Assembly: GCA_050575255.1 (NCBI GenBank) | Contig: JBNZDD010013555.1 | Span: 1 to 64,000 of the forward strand | DNA: 64,000 nt | Direction of reading: 5' to 3' | Source of the DNA: Harriotta raleighana | Lineage: Eukaryota | Part shown: piece after piece, positions 1-12,844 of the stretch | Position numbering within the stretch: the stretch's first letter is position 1 | Layout of the letters: each line of letters opens with the position of its first letter | Translations under genes and position numbers: made by a program | Notes under the pieces: model-generated | What the model was told of the DNA's origin: nothing | Database searches by the model: none | What the model saw: only the letters and a program-made list of their open reading frames with translations

Positions 1-156
1 CCCCCCCCTCACTACACTAGTGCAGTGTGAATCCCCCCCCCTCAGTACACTAGTGCAGTGTGAAACCACCGCCTTCACCACACCAGGGCAATATAACCCT
101 CTCCTTACTATACCAGGGCAGTGTAAAAAAAACCTCACTACACCAGGGCAATGTAA
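1..156. repeat. Degenerate minisatellite, ~31-33 bp unit (CCCCCCTCACTACACYAGKGCAGTGTRAA), about 5 copies, cut by the window edge
   Basis: Unit is visible directly and gives the TTPGQC repeats in ORF 20..211. Confidence 0.8.
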
Positions 157-188
157 GAGGCAGCCCAGTTATAATTGGAGACTGGTAT

Positions 189-415
189 CAACAACAAAAT
201 TACATTTATAGAGCGCCTTTCACATTGGGAGGACGTCCCACTCAATTCACTTCACAGTATATTCTGTGAAGCGCTTTGGGACGTTGATAAGATGTGAAAA
301 GCGCTATATCAAATGCAAGGATTATTTATTATAGTATATGAGACATGCTATGAGACAGCTAGAAGACGTGAAAAGCACTATATCGAATGCATGTATTATT
401 ATTATTATTATTATC
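189..415. mobile_element. L2 3' tail (minus, 189-240) abutting two SINE 3' tails (plus)
   Basis: caacaacaaaattacatttatagagcgcctttcac is the reverse of the L2 tail; followed by ctgtgaagcgc...gtgaaaagcgctatatcaaatgcaagg(att)n twice. Confidence 0.75.
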
Positions 416-683
416 AGCAGCAGTGTCCTGGAATTTTGTGGACCCATCTGGCTCAGGAACGTAACTACTGAGACCACACAAAGGGTTGATTGAATTCTGG
501 CATTTGGTTGCCAAACATGTCACCTTGTAGCCAGTTCAGCTCCATGGATATCCTTCCCCCCTCCCCCAAGGAGGATACTCTACCATCTGAGCAAAGGGAA
601 AATTCAAATACAATCATGTCAAAACAATGCCAACCATTTCATCATTAAATAACTCTTCAGCAGAATAACTGGAATATCATGGA

Positions 684-808
684 GTTATGGCGTTCTGTAG
701 CTCAGAGGTTAGAGCACTCGCCTTGCACTCGACTTCACAGTATACTCTTGAGATGTCTAGAAGATGTGAAAAGCTCTCTATCAAATGCAAGGAATATTAT
801 TATTATAT
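684..808 (+). mobile_element. Internally deleted tRNA-SINE (head fused to tail)
   Basis: ctgtagctcagaggttagagcactcgccttgca joined directly to the tail ending (tat)n. Confidence 0.7.
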
Positions 809-2304
809 TTCATCAATGGAATTAAATTATTACCTCATAATAAAATGTCAGCTCTGCCAACTGTGGGAACATGTTCGTTTTTAATTTATGAAAGGAAATG
901 GAGGTGTTCTGTACTCCCGGATATACTGTACTCTCTGTCGTCAATGGGGTAACCACCTTTAGTTACGACCTTTCTGGAGAGAAGAATAGATTACGTAAGG
1001 AGTTTAGCGGGATTCAGTTGTGAAATCATGCTGGTTAACTCTGTCCTCTGCTGAGTCAATGGGAGGACCATTGCGATTTACAAGGCAAGCTGTAAGAGTT
1101 AAAGATTCAGAACCTTTATATTGGCAAAGTATCAGATCCCTTCGTGTTGCTGGAGCATTCCCTTTCCCACTATGAATCAACGGGAGCTGGGAATTGCAGG
1201 ATTGCAGATTTACTGGAATACAGTAGAACATTTTCTGTTGCTGAAAGGATCTGTCAGACACCCCCTATCAATATTCACCATCAATTCCCTTAAATTGTTC
1301 TTTATAAATTTCTTCTTTACCCTTTGATAAAGCGAGGTTATTATAGCCTCTCTCAATTCGACATGTGCATGTTTAATAATAATGTAAAATGAATTGGCTG
1401 TATATTTTGTGGGCAAAACGCAGCAGCCAATTGTGCACAGCAGCGTCCCAAAAATGGTCAAGGATTGGAAAGCCCCATTTTTATTATTGTGTTTGTTTTC
1501 TGGTTGGGTGAGGATCACAGAGCTGTTGCGGTCTTGCAGTTAATAATTCTTGCACTTTGTATAGCTCCTTTCACTTCGGGAACATGTTTCAAAGTGCTTC
1601 ACAGAATTTATTGGAAAGTGAAGTAACTGGGTATTTTCTATAAAATTACGAAAATGGTGAAAATGGCAGTCTTTCATGGCGGTTCAACTACTCTTGATGA
1701 CTTAATGGTGAAAAGTCCTTTGACTTTGAATAGGTTTCCTGAGTTAAGAAGACATAGCGTTAACTCTTAAGTGTTATAATTTTCGCCCACGAAATATAGT
1801 CAATTCACTTGACAGCCCATCTGTGAAATGCTATATCAAATCCAAGGATTATTATTGTATAAAAAGCAGGCTTACTGAAGACGGAATCATAACTGAACCC
1901 TCTCCCTGTTCTTGTCTCATGTCTGCAGTGATTGCTGACTTGCATCAGCAGCAGAAAACTAACTGATTCTCTGCTGACTTGTCCATAGATGCGGCTGCTA
2001 ATTGGAGCACCACAACCAGCAGTCTGAAATTTGTTGACTCAGCACAGACTTGGATTTGAACCTGTGATCTTCTGTTCTTTGTGACATGACAACACACACG
2101 CACACTTTCCAACAGGTGGCTCTAATAGTTTAAAAAAAACTTGAATTCGAGCATTTAACCCATGGGATCCCTAAAGTTCATGTTCTCATCAAAATATTTA
2201 ATTAATGATGATACAAGTACTATACAAAACTGCACAAAACTCAGAAAAGTGTAAGAGATCTCTGAGTTGAAACTGTATTTTTTAAGAAATAAAAATTCCT
2301 CTCA

Positions 2305-2522
2305 TAATCCTTGCATTTATATAGCGCTTTTCATGTCTTCTAGACATCTCAAAGCGCTTCACAGAAATATACGGTAAAGTGAATTGACTGTAATTGTGTG
2401 CAAAACGCTGCAGCCACCGGCGCACAGCAGTGTCCCCACAAACAGTCGTGGATGGAAATGACCAATTTATTATAGTTTGTTTTTTGACGGATTATTATTA
2501 GGCGTGTGGAGTAAGAAAACTT
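2305..2522 (-). mobile_element. 5'-truncated tRNA-SINE
   Basis: Reverse complement of the SINE body and tail. Confidence 0.85.
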
Positions 2523-2894
2523 AACACGGTATTCTCCCCTTCTCTTATCTTCTGGCCTTGTCTGGCACATATCACACACACACCAACATTGAGTTTCTGC
2601 ATAACAATCAGATAACAGGAATCTTATTGTAAGACCAGGAAGACATATTGTAGCACCTCAGGTATTTTTTATCAGAGATCAATTAACTCAGAATATGATT
2701 CAAACCTTTGCCTTTCTGGTTTATATATCCTGGTGTCCAAGGGTGCTGCCATTAACCACTAGGGTAAACTCGGCTCCAACTTACTCAATGTGGATCAACT
2801 GTGGATATTGTGAAGAAATATGTGGATAATCCACTCGTGCCAGTTACTGCAGCCCTCAGCAATTTCCTTTAAATCCTACAAAATGTGGTAAATA

Positions 2895-3175
2895 CAGTTA
2901 ACCCTCGTCGAACGTGACTTTATCGATTGCAAATTCAAGTATATGTGACGAAACAAAAGCATCACTTTTTTGTGCAGCTTGCATAAAACGTGTGTATATG
3001 CACTGGCTGGCCCCCGTATGCATGAGCACATGTGAGGGCGCCGACTGCTCCCAATTAAATCCGATGATTCCTCGGCTGGCTGGTCCCACTCGCATGTGCA
3101 CTTTTGATGAAGCCGGCAGATCCTGACTAAAGCCGATGATTCCTCGGCTGGCTGGTCCCGCGCGCAATGCATCCT
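2895..3175. mobile_element. Tc1/pogo(Tigger)-like transposon end fragment with internal direct repeats
   Basis: TA|CAGTTAACCCTCG start; 27-bp repeat ccgatgattcctcggctggctggtccc at 3061 and 3133. The other terminus was not found. Confidence 0.45.
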
Positions 3176-3307
3176 TAGGTAAATCCAATATCTCTGAGAG
3201 AGAATCTCCTAGCACTTCAGGACCAAAGGAAAAATAATTTAACCTAGCTATGGTTTTATTGCTTTATTGCTTTCTTTTTATTGCTTTGTTATCGTTTCCA
3301 GTTTCAG

Positions 3308-3452
3308 ATCTCAGCTAAAGACCTTTCTCTTCGTCCGCGCCTTTGGTCACCCACTGCCCCTGGCTCGCCAACAGGATCTGTTATTGTGAAGCGCTCTGAG
3401 ATGCTGTCCGGCATGGAAGGCGCTATATAAATCAAAGTAGTTGTTGTTGTTT
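3308..3452 (+). mobile_element. L2 LINE 3' end (type b tail)
   Basis: aagacctttctcttcg...gtgaagcgctctgagatgctgtccggcatggaaggcgctatataaatcaaag(ttg)n. Confidence 0.8.
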
Positions 3453-4137
3453 TCTGGCAGCACAGAAAATCTATTGTTAATGTTAAAACGGGTTCCTTGT
3501 TGTATTTCCATTAGTGAGTCTGAGGCACAGCACCTCTGCTGCAATACACAGAAAGAGAGAAAAAACGCATCAATAAAAATGAGCTGGAAAGAATCTAAAA
3601 ACAATTGTTGCACAATACGTATGTAAAATGGCTGGAGCTACAAACTTATGCTACAGAAAGATGTGGCCCACATAAGTGCTATCATTTGCTGTAATGTCAA
3701 AGTGAAAACTAACAAGCTTATGTGTAAGCTAACAAGTCTTATCACCATCCTTGCCCACCAAGGTAATTTGGGATACTACAAGAGGATAACACCAATCTTC
3801 AAATCCAAGATTGATTTAACTTCCTGAAAAAATACTTTTTAAGTCAAACAAAGACAGAAGCTTTCAGAAGGTTGGCATTCAGCACGCCACCTGGTGTATA
3901 ACATGATAATTAACACTGGTGAGAATTTTCAGGTTGTTTCTTGCAAGTTTTACCCAAAGGTTTGTTGCTGTTGTTGGGGTGGGGAGTTACCCTTTGATCA
4001 AGGGAGAAGTGGGAATCCTAAATCTCTGAATTAAAAGCGTATACAGTACCTGTATTCATTTATTAGCTGTACAATGCAATTTTTTTCTGTTAAGGGAGGA
4101 GGAAATCTTTTAAACTGTGTCTATCCTCCTTCACCTC

Positions 4138-4395
4138 TTCTCACCTCAAGCTATTGACTCGCACTTAATTGAAGGACGGCACCTCCAAGAATGCAGCACA
4201 GTTAAGTGTCAGCCTAGACTATATGGGTTGAAGTNTTCTTACCTCAAGCTATTGACTCGCACTTAATTGAAGGACGGCACCTCCAAGAATGCAGCACAGT
4301 TAAGTGTCAGCCTAGACTATATGGGTTGAAGTTCTGACTTGGGGTTTGAACATACAACTTTCTGATAGGCAAGAATGCTGCTAACTGAGCTAGGC
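4138..4395 (-). mobile_element. Old Deu-type (SacSINE1-like) tRNA-SINE fragment, partly duplicated across a single N
   Basis: ggcacctcc..tgcagcac..gtgtcagcctaga and a reversed A/B-box head resemble the recalled shark DeuSINE consensus. Confidence 0.55.
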
Positions 4396-5214
4396 TGGCA
4401 CTTGCTCTATTTATGCCCTGTATTGCATAATATTTTGGAAGTGTCGGAATCTTGTACAACAATATCAGACTTGGAACAGACACTTTGAATGTATCCGGCA
4501 CATTGTGAAAGCTCTGTATCCTGTCATTTCACAGCAGGACAATAGCTCTCACTATAAGTTCAGGAAGCACCACTTACCGATTACTATCGGGGTTATTTGG
4601 GTCATTGCAGATTTCCCTTCATCTTTGAGCTGTGAATAAATCCATATTTATTTCTAGTATGTAGGAAGCATGGCCCAGTTTTTTAAGACATCAGCTCATG
4701 CTCCTGAACAATGAACAATGTATTTGGCCCTGGACAAATCTCGGCAGAGGCCATGCATCAAATGAAACCTGACAGCAAGACCTTGTTCAAACAACCTTGC
4801 TCTATGTTGACTGATGATAAGATCAAATTTAACGCTGCCACTTTATTGGAATTATTCTCTGAAGAACATGACCCATATCCCTTGCTGGTAATATTTTGCA
4901 GAATGAAAGGTAAAATGCCTTTGAACCTGATCAATCTATTAACTGATACGATGCATTAGATTGAAAGGTAACAATGGGCGACCGTCCCAATTATTCATTG
5001 GTCTCAGGATCTGGAGGTTTGTGTTGGGCGACAGAGTGTTCTGTTGGCATTCTGATCATGTCCCAGCCTGTAAGATCCTATACAAATGTAATTTTGTTGT
5101 TGTTATCTCTCTTCAATGATAGCAAAGTCTCAATATGAGGTGCGAGTCCAAACATTTCAGCTTCATGTTTTCAAGCTTGCAGTGGAAAGAATTTCTGAAG
5201 TCCAGCCTCGGTGG

Positions 5215-5382
5215 ACTCGTATTCCACGAGTATTTGTGGGACACTGCTGTGCGCAATGGGCTGCTGCCTGTCACCCACAAATATACAGTCAATTCACTTT
5301 ACAGTATATTCTGTGAAGCGCTTTGAGACATCGATAAGATGTGAAAAGCGCTATATCAAATGCAAGGATTATTATTCTTATT
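5215..5382 (+). mobile_element. 5'-truncated tRNA-SINE
   Basis: tttgtgggacactgctgtgcgcaa...aaatgcaaggattatt. Confidence 0.85.
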
Positions 5383-5624
5383 GTTGTTGCCACCTATGAA
5401 GATTGAGGTAAACCGTGAAGCTACCCTTACATGCTGATCCACCCTCCAGAACAACAGTGCGTGTTAGGGATAGATAAGGCTGGCTGTACTTTTCGGCGGT
5501 GATAATTAAGCTATGTGCAATAAATGTAAAGTGGGATTGTATTGCGGGACTCAATAGCTCAGGTTCTATTTTATTTTATCATCATTTCATTTTGAATTTG
5601 TTAGTCTGGGTATCAATCCTGTTG

Positions 5625-5960
5625 GTGTCCTTGGCGTGCAGGTTGGCGTGCTCACCTTGCGAACAAAGCGACGCGGCTTTGATTCCCAGGCTGGCACAAA
5701 ATCGCAGGCAAGTTACCTTACTCCGCACGCCTCTGTTTACCCAGCAGCAAGTAGGAACCTGGTTGTTAGTCGATTGGCAATTCACATTCTGGGGGTACTG
5801 ATCCCTTCAAAAAAAAGTTTGGTCACTCAATCTTGTTGTGGAATACTGCTGTGTGCAATTGGCTGCCCTGTTTCTCCCATCAATCAATACCCACTTTACA
5901 ATATATTCCGTGAAGCCCTTTGACAATGTGATAAAGTGTTATATCAATTGCAAGGATTTT
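5625..5960 (+). mobile_element. Older, longer variant of the tRNA-SINE with an extra central segment
   Basis: Diverged head, ctctgtttacccagcagcaagtaggaacctgg segment, then the common body and tail. Confidence 0.7.
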
Positions 5961-6264
5961 TAAAAATTCTCACCAGTGACTCTGAAAGTTAGTTTATGAA
6001 CGTAAATCTTTATTTGTAGGTTGTACTTGTGGAACTTTCATTCTAGTTTGGATAACCTTAAGCAGGATAATGTGTGTCAGACACCCAGTCAACCAAAAAC
6101 ATAATGCCCTATTTGCTTAGCTTTTAATTCCCAACTCCTTCTGTCTAACATTCTGTACACATTTGTGAGTCAGGTATTCCTGGAAAGGGGAGGGAATAAT
6201 TTGCACGCTTCCTAATTTGAGATTTTTTTTTCCCTGTGCAGTTAATTTAGTGAATAATTTCCAC

Positions 6265-6468
6265 CAAAAACCCCCCCCCGAAAATCACAACAATAAAAAT
6301 TGGTCATTTCAATCCACCACTGTTTTTTGGACACTGCTGTGCACGATTTGCTGCCATATTTCGCCCACAAATATACAGTCAATTCACTTTATAGTATATT
6401 CTGTGAAGCGCTTTGACACGTTGATAAGATGTGAAAAGCGCTATATCAAATGCAAGGATTATTATTAT
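6265..6468 (+). mobile_element. 5'-truncated tRNA-SINE
   Basis: Matches the body and tail of full-length copies. Confidence 0.85.
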
Positions 6469-7359
6469 GTGAGGGAGATTGGTTTATTGGAGAGTTGCGG
6501 ATATGGTTTTTGTCCATTTAATCCCCTTGTATTGCCAGTAGAGAGCGCAGCAGATTCAAGAAAGTTGGTGTTTCTGACTATTGGAAAGAGAACTGGCATT
6601 TCTGATAGCTGGTTACTGAACATTAATTTAACATTTGAAGCATCTACATTTGCAGAATTAATTTGGTGAAATAATGCTAGGATGAGCGATTAAATAAAAA
6701 TGAATGCTGTTACCGTATTTAATCAATCAATTTTTCAAACTCTGTCAAAGTTTCAGAACTAAGCTTGTTTTTTTAACCATGTGAATATGAAAACAAATTA
6801 GTCGTTTATTCTATCTGTTTTATCAGCCACAGAATTTAGTCGTAAAAACAAAGTGCATCAATGTATATGAAAAGTACAGTTCATATACAATATTATGAAA
6901 ACACAGGATTAACTTTTGGGAAGAAATATTGTAGGCTGTTAACATAATCACATCTAGCGCAGAGTAGGTAGCTGTGAAGGTTATATGCACTTTATGTATT
7001 GGTAATCCTAGGACAAGACCATAAACGCAAGTCACCACCAAAGACAAAAACAGTAGAAAAGAAGACGAAAAGTGGGGCCAAGGTTGAGTTGCTTAGGTGG
7101 AGCCAAGGTTGGGTTCTCAATGCCTGTAGATGTGAGGGAGAAAGGAACTCTAATGGACTAAAGGACAGTCTTAAGATCTCACAGTGCTGAGGGACTGTGA
7201 AAGATCTGAAGTAAAATAGGAGATACTGCAATTATTTTAATACAGTAAGAGTAGATAAATAAGAGCAAACAATGTGCTTTTTGAGTATTGGAGAATCAAG
7301 TAAGTCAAGTTTAAAACAGCATTAACCAAAGTAGTTTATAGTGCTGTAGTTTGTAGATG

Positions 7360-7530
7360 AACGCAACAGCCAATTTGCACACAGCTATATCTGACAAACA
7401 GCCATGAAACGAAAAAACAATTTTATTTGGGGCTTGTTGGCCAGGACACCAGGAAAAACTCTGTTTGAATAGTGTCAGGGGATCTTTAATTGGTACCTGA
7501 ACAAGCAGATGGAATCTTGGTTTAATATCT
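7360..7530 (-). mobile_element. Old Deu-type SINE fragment
   Basis: ttggccaggacacc...gaatagtg..gggatcttt...cacctga-like...ggtttaa resembles the reversed Deu domain (recalled consensus). Confidence 0.55.
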
Positions 7531-7558
7531 TAACGCATTCACCAGGTACTAATACTAC

Positions 7559-7875
7559 CAATAATAATCCTTGCATTTGATGTAGCACTTTTCACATCTT
7601 ATTGACACCTGAAAGTGCTTCACAGAATATACTGGTAAAGTGAATTGACTGTATATTTGTGGGCGAAACCAATTTGTGGGTGGCAACCAATTGCACATAG
7701 CAGTGTCCCACAAAACAGTTGTGGAGTGAAATGACCAATTTTTATTATTGTGGCTTTTTTTCAGGGAATTATTATTAGGTGTGTGGAGTAAGGGTGGTTT
7801 CGCCCTGATCTGCCTGGATTCAAACACAGGTCTCACTCTTGTTAGGCGAGTGCTCTAACCACCAAGCTACAGGTA
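7559..7875 (-). mobile_element. Full-length tRNA-SINE
   Basis: Reversed tail, body and A/B-box head. Confidence 0.9.
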
Positions 7876-8139
7876 CTGTATTGGAGTAGAGTACATCAGG
7901 GCTTTGAGCTCACAGCCTCGGTTGACAGTCCAACGGTGTGCTGCATTGTAAATGTAAATCGCTTTTAGTTATCTTGACAGCACAAAAGGGCTCTGTATCA
8001 GTAATTGTAACTATAGTATTTAATCATCCCTTCCAAGCATTGGATTGGATTCAGCCACGACACCCATTTTCACCTGCTGGAATAATCTGCTGATGTTCAC
8101 TCTCATAAGTTAATCATTCCTCATAAGTAAATCATTGCA

Positions 8140-9425
8140 TGTAAGTTTTTTGCCTCATCTTTTACTAAGGAAGAGGCAGATAAATTATTCAATCTGGAAA
8201 TGAAACTCGAAGGTGTTTAGTCATCATTTAGTTATCTTTAGGAGAGATAACTTGAGATTCTATTCACATCACTACTAGCATGGTTGCCTAACAGCTGTGC
8301 AAACGTAAGGTAAATAAATCTCAGGGGTCGGATAAATTGCAACTGAAAGGAACTAAGGGAGGAAGTTACAAGAACTCTGGCACAAAACTTCCAGAAATCA
8401 TTGAATATTGGAGAGGTGCCTGGAGAAAGACAGATGTTGCTTGTATTTTTAAAGATGTAGTAAAAGTGACCTTGGAACCTACAGACCCAGTGAGTTTGAC
8501 ATCCGTCGTCTGTAAAGTTATGGAGACCCTCAATAAAGATAAGATCATGAAGCATCTGTACAGCAATAAAATGATAAAGTCACTATGGGTGTCTGAAGAG
8601 GAACTCAATATGGGTAGTCAATATGGGGTTCTGAAGAGGAGATCCTGTCAATCTAATTTACTGGGTTCCTACTTATTCCCAGGTCAACAGCGTTGTATGC
8701 AGTAAGGAAATTTACCCGATGCTTCACACTGCTCAGAAATCAAACCCAGATCTCTTGCTTATGAGATGAGTTCTCCAACCACTGAGCTACGGGACTCCAC
8801 TTGGTGTGTACAGTTCTGATTGTCATGGTGCAGGAGGGATGAGAATAGGATTGAGAAGATTCAGAGGAAGGCAACCAGATTAATTGAGTAGATGAACGGA
8901 CTGGACTATGAGGAGTGATTAGGTAAATGGGGCGTGTTCACACTGGGAAAGAGAAAGTTGAGCGGTGATATGATGGCTGTTTTTAAGATTCTAAAGGGAC
9001 TAGATAATACAGACCATGACAAGTGAGGAGGACGAAGAGGTAGGGAGGTGCCAGAGAGTGAAAGGATTTGATCACAATCACAAATGAAGTTGATCCATTC
9101 AGTGATGGGGAGCCAGTAGAGCCTAGCCACAACTGGTGAGATGAGGGTATGGAGTTTGGTTTCATCTTGTCCAGAACAGTAGAACTGGGGACATGGCCTG
9201 CGCTTAAAGTGGTAAAATCCCAAACTAATCTGCAGAAACATTATTTCAGTGAGTAAGCGGTAAATCTAGGGAATAGGTTCCCTCAGGAGATGCTGGAAAC
9301 AAAAAGTGTTGATTCATTCAAATGCAAATTGGATAGATTTATTTCAGAAAGTTATATTTCAGGGGTAATTTGAGACAAGTGCAGTATGATTGGGAGAAAC
9401 GGGCAACTTGGACCAATGGGTTCCA
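8140..9425 (+). mobile_element. Decayed CR1-type LINE ORF2/3' fragment interrupted by a SINE head (~8660-8800, minus) and an L2 piece (~9020-9145, minus)
   Basis: Remnant motifs PVSLTSVVCKVME, QYG...RSCQSNLL, EKIQRKATRLI and RGDM-like, with many stops and frameshifts. Confidence 0.75.
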
Positions 9426-9475
9426 AAGCTTTCCACCACTAGCAGGTTACAATTGTCTCTTGCCCAAGCCTGTTG

Positions 9476-9806
9476 TAATAATAATAATCTTTGCATTTGA
9501 TATAGTGCTTTTCCCATCTTATCGACGTCTCAAAGCGCTTCACAGAATATACTATAAAGTGAATTGACTATATATTTGTTGGGCGAAACGCGGCAGCCAA
9601 TTGCGCACAGCAGTGTCCCCCACAAACAGCCGTGGATTAAAAATGCTCAATTTTTATTATTGTGGGGATTTTTTTGAAGGGATTATTATTAGGCATGTGG
9701 AGGAAGGAAACCTGCCCAAGGTTTCGCCCTGGTCTGCCTGGATTCGAACACAGGTCTCACGTTTGTAAGGCAAGTGCTCTAACCACTGAGCTGCTGGAAT
9801 TCCACA
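9476..9806 (-). mobile_element. Full-length tRNA-SINE
   Basis: Complete reversed consensus. Confidence 0.92.
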
Positions 9807-9956
9807 TTGACTGATCGAGAAAGATTGATTGTCATGATTAGTCAACACCTCCATTGTTATTGTAGCAAGCTGCCACGATGTTAGAAGGTGAACTCGACTG
9901 ACCTTGGGCATTTTTCTTCTTGCAATTCCTGTGATCCTAAAGAATAGCAACTTCAG

Positions 9957-10257
9957 TAATAATAATTATCTTTGCGTTTGATATAGCGCTCTTCACGTTT
10001 TCTAGACGCCTCAAAGCGCTTCACAGAATATACTGTAAAGTGAATTGACTATTTTTGTGGGCGAAACGCGGCAGCCAATTGCGCACAGCAGAGTCACACA
10101 AACAGTCGTGGATTGAGTGACCAATTTATTGGTTTTTTTTAGGGATTATTATCAGGAGTGCGGAGTAAGGAAACTTGCCCAAGGTTTCGCTCTGCCTGGA
10201 ATCGAACCCAGGTCTCTTGCAAGGTGAGTGCTCTAATCACTGAGCTACAGGATTCCA
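9957..10257 (-). mobile_element. Full-length tRNA-SINE
   Basis: Complete reversed consensus. Confidence 0.92.
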
Positions 10258-12494
10258 TTCCAGTAAGATATGACAGGGCTCCTATCTCCTGTAGAACTGT
10301 GCTCTAGTAGAAGGAAAAGGAAGGCAATATACCTCCAAGGGGAGAAGATGAAGAAGGATAAAGTGCAGAGTACTTGTAGTTATTGTTATTTAAGCACTCT
10401 GAGATGCTACTTGGCGTGATGGGAGCTATATAAGTGCAAGTTGTTGTTGTTAGTCTTGTAGGAGATAAGACAATAATGGGCCTTTGAGGAATTAAAAGAT
10501 AAAAGACTTTCATTGAAAGGCATGTAGGCGACTCAGGTCAGTGAACTGGCTCCCTAAAACCACCAGCAAAAAACTCCACATTGTGAACAATCGCAAGCTT
10601 CAGTTATTGCCTTGTGTCTGTGCAGCCAATTTCTATGTTTTATGAAAACTACACGTAGCATTCACAGTTACTTTTATGGTCCTTTGTGTTGCTAACTAAG
10701 TGGGATGCCGATTTATAATAATTTATACTAAATAATAATCCTTGTATAGTATTTCATGTGCAGCTTCCACATCGGGAGGACATCTCAAAGCACTTCACAG
10801 GAATGACAGTGAAGTGGAATGACAGTGTAGCCCGTAAGCTAACATGGCAGCCACTTTTTGCACAACTTTTGCTATATTTGGTAGTGTCTGTATTGTTGCT
10901 CAGGCTGAGGCCAGCGACCAAAGATGAAACTTTGATTCCTTGTGGCGTTTATGGACTTGGATCTGAACTGCACAGTTGTGGTGCCAATTATTCCATCAGA
11001 GAAGTCAAACTTGGATGGTTTTGGCTGAGGATACTTAGTATGAAGCGCTCTGAGATGCCGTCCAGCTTGGAGGGCACTATATAAGTCAAAGTTGTTATTG
11101 TAATGAGTGGTTTAGGATAGCAAAGTGTTTCTGTTCAGAGAAAAGGCTGATATTTTCTTGACTCTCCCATCCCCCCATCCCCCCTCAGTATGAAGAGGCC
11201 TAAGTTCCTGCTAGACATGTAGCAGAACTGACAACAGACTTTGAAATATATATAGCCTTAACTGCCTGTGGTGACAGCACAGCGGTTACATGGATGAGAG
11301 AAAGACAAAGAAAAATGAAAATGTGAAAACAGAGAAGTTTGCATGTATTGAGATAAACTTGGCTCGTGGATTCATAGTTAGAGAACATTTATCACAAGTG
11401 CTCAGAAAGGATTTCTAGAGGACACTTCAAAATGAAATATTTACCATTTTGAAGTCCATCTAATAGGTTTAAAACAAGTACTCTGCAGTGCTAAGGTATA
11501 GAAAAACTCATCGCCCTCAACTTTGGACTATTTCAAATGTCCGTTTACTCCCACTGATACTTGATCACTCCCGGGAGTCAGAACAAAAAACAGTCATGCA
11601 TCATAGGGAATGCAATGTACTATTCCATTACTCTTGCCAACATTTGCTTTTTGAGAATCTAAAGCATCCTCGATCTCCTTGGGGAAATGGAATGCTTAAC
11701 AGAACCAACAAATAGCCAGACAACATAAGGAATGCTTTTTGCCTATGAGATTGTGGTTGAGGCTCAATAGGGGTCACTGCAACAAATAGCTTGTATGTTT
11801 TCTCTCTGCTTTCAACATTGTACACGAACAGGTAGGGCATTGTGATCAAAGAAGGGACTATGGTATAGTCTTATCAAAATGTAAACTTTGAATTTAGTTA
11901 AATGGGCCTGTAGTATTATCCTACTCTCTCTCCACCCACTTTCCACGAGCTTCAGTATGCAAGAACAAAAGGTTAAAAGGCAATATGTTTGGCAAATCTC
12001 TTTTTTTATTGTTTCCAAAATTCCTAATATAAATCATGTTGAAACTAACTCTTGTGCCACGTGGGTTTAGTGTCACAGTGACAAAGCGCCTCACAATATC
12101 CTCCGAACTAGACTGCAGAAGTGCTTGGGAGAAACTTACCTGAAACCTTTTTCAAGAGTTAACAATCATTCGCTGTCTGTCTGTCTGAAAGGCACCGGTA
12201 TGTGCTGGGGGCAGTCTGTGGGGGATGGGTCTGTGTGTCCCAGACTCCATCCAGACAGCAATGTCAGCAACTAATAAGTGCCTGGAGATACCTGTCTGAT
12301 TCTTTTCCATCCTGTATAACTGTGTACCTAACCATTATTCTGACTTGGGCAATTTGGGATCAGCATCGAAACCAGTGGACAGGACATTCTTCTGTACTGA
12401 ACTGTTCATTTAAACTGTCTTATTTGGGCAGATGTATGACTTAGACTATTTTATGATTACAGATCAGATTTTTGCTTTTCTGGGTCTGGCCGAA

Positions 12495-12742
12495 TCCTCT
12501 GATCCACCTTCTGTGGCTGTGCCTTCAGCCACTATACCCCGAGGCTCTGGAACTCCCTTCCTCACTCTCTTTGCCTTGCCCCCTCTTTTCTTATTTTCAG
12601 GACACAGCTAAAGACCTTTCTTTTCAACCGTGCTTTTGGTCACCTTTCTCCCCCTCCCCATGGCTCGGCCCTGGAATCCGTTATTGTGAAGCGTTCTGAG
12701 ACACCGTCTGGTGCTATATAAATCCAAGTTGTTGCTGTTGTA
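12495..12742 (+). mobile_element. L2 LINE 3' end (type b)
   Basis: gccttcagccac...ggctctggaactcccttcctc...aagacctttcttttc...tatataaatccaagttgtt. Confidence 0.8.
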
Positions 12743-12844
12743 ATAAATATTGTTTTTACTATTTAACGTAGTTTGTTTTAAACTTGGGTTTAATTTTGTT
12801 CTTACTCAAATTGAAATCAGGAATTCAGGGCAGCTTCTATTGAT

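Noticed and set aside
1-156. CRISPR-like repeat array
   Set aside because: The units are directly tandem with no unique spacers, there are no cas genes, and the context is vertebrate.
1880-2080. Possible ancient LF-SINE/UCON-like element (similar traces at ~22190-22800)
   Set aside because: The similarity is too weak to name by eye; it needs an nhmmer/Dfam search.
6217-6669. Recurrent peptides such as [19 protein letters not shown]...CKDYYY in many ORFs
   Set aside because: These are translations of the same SINE body, not a protein family.
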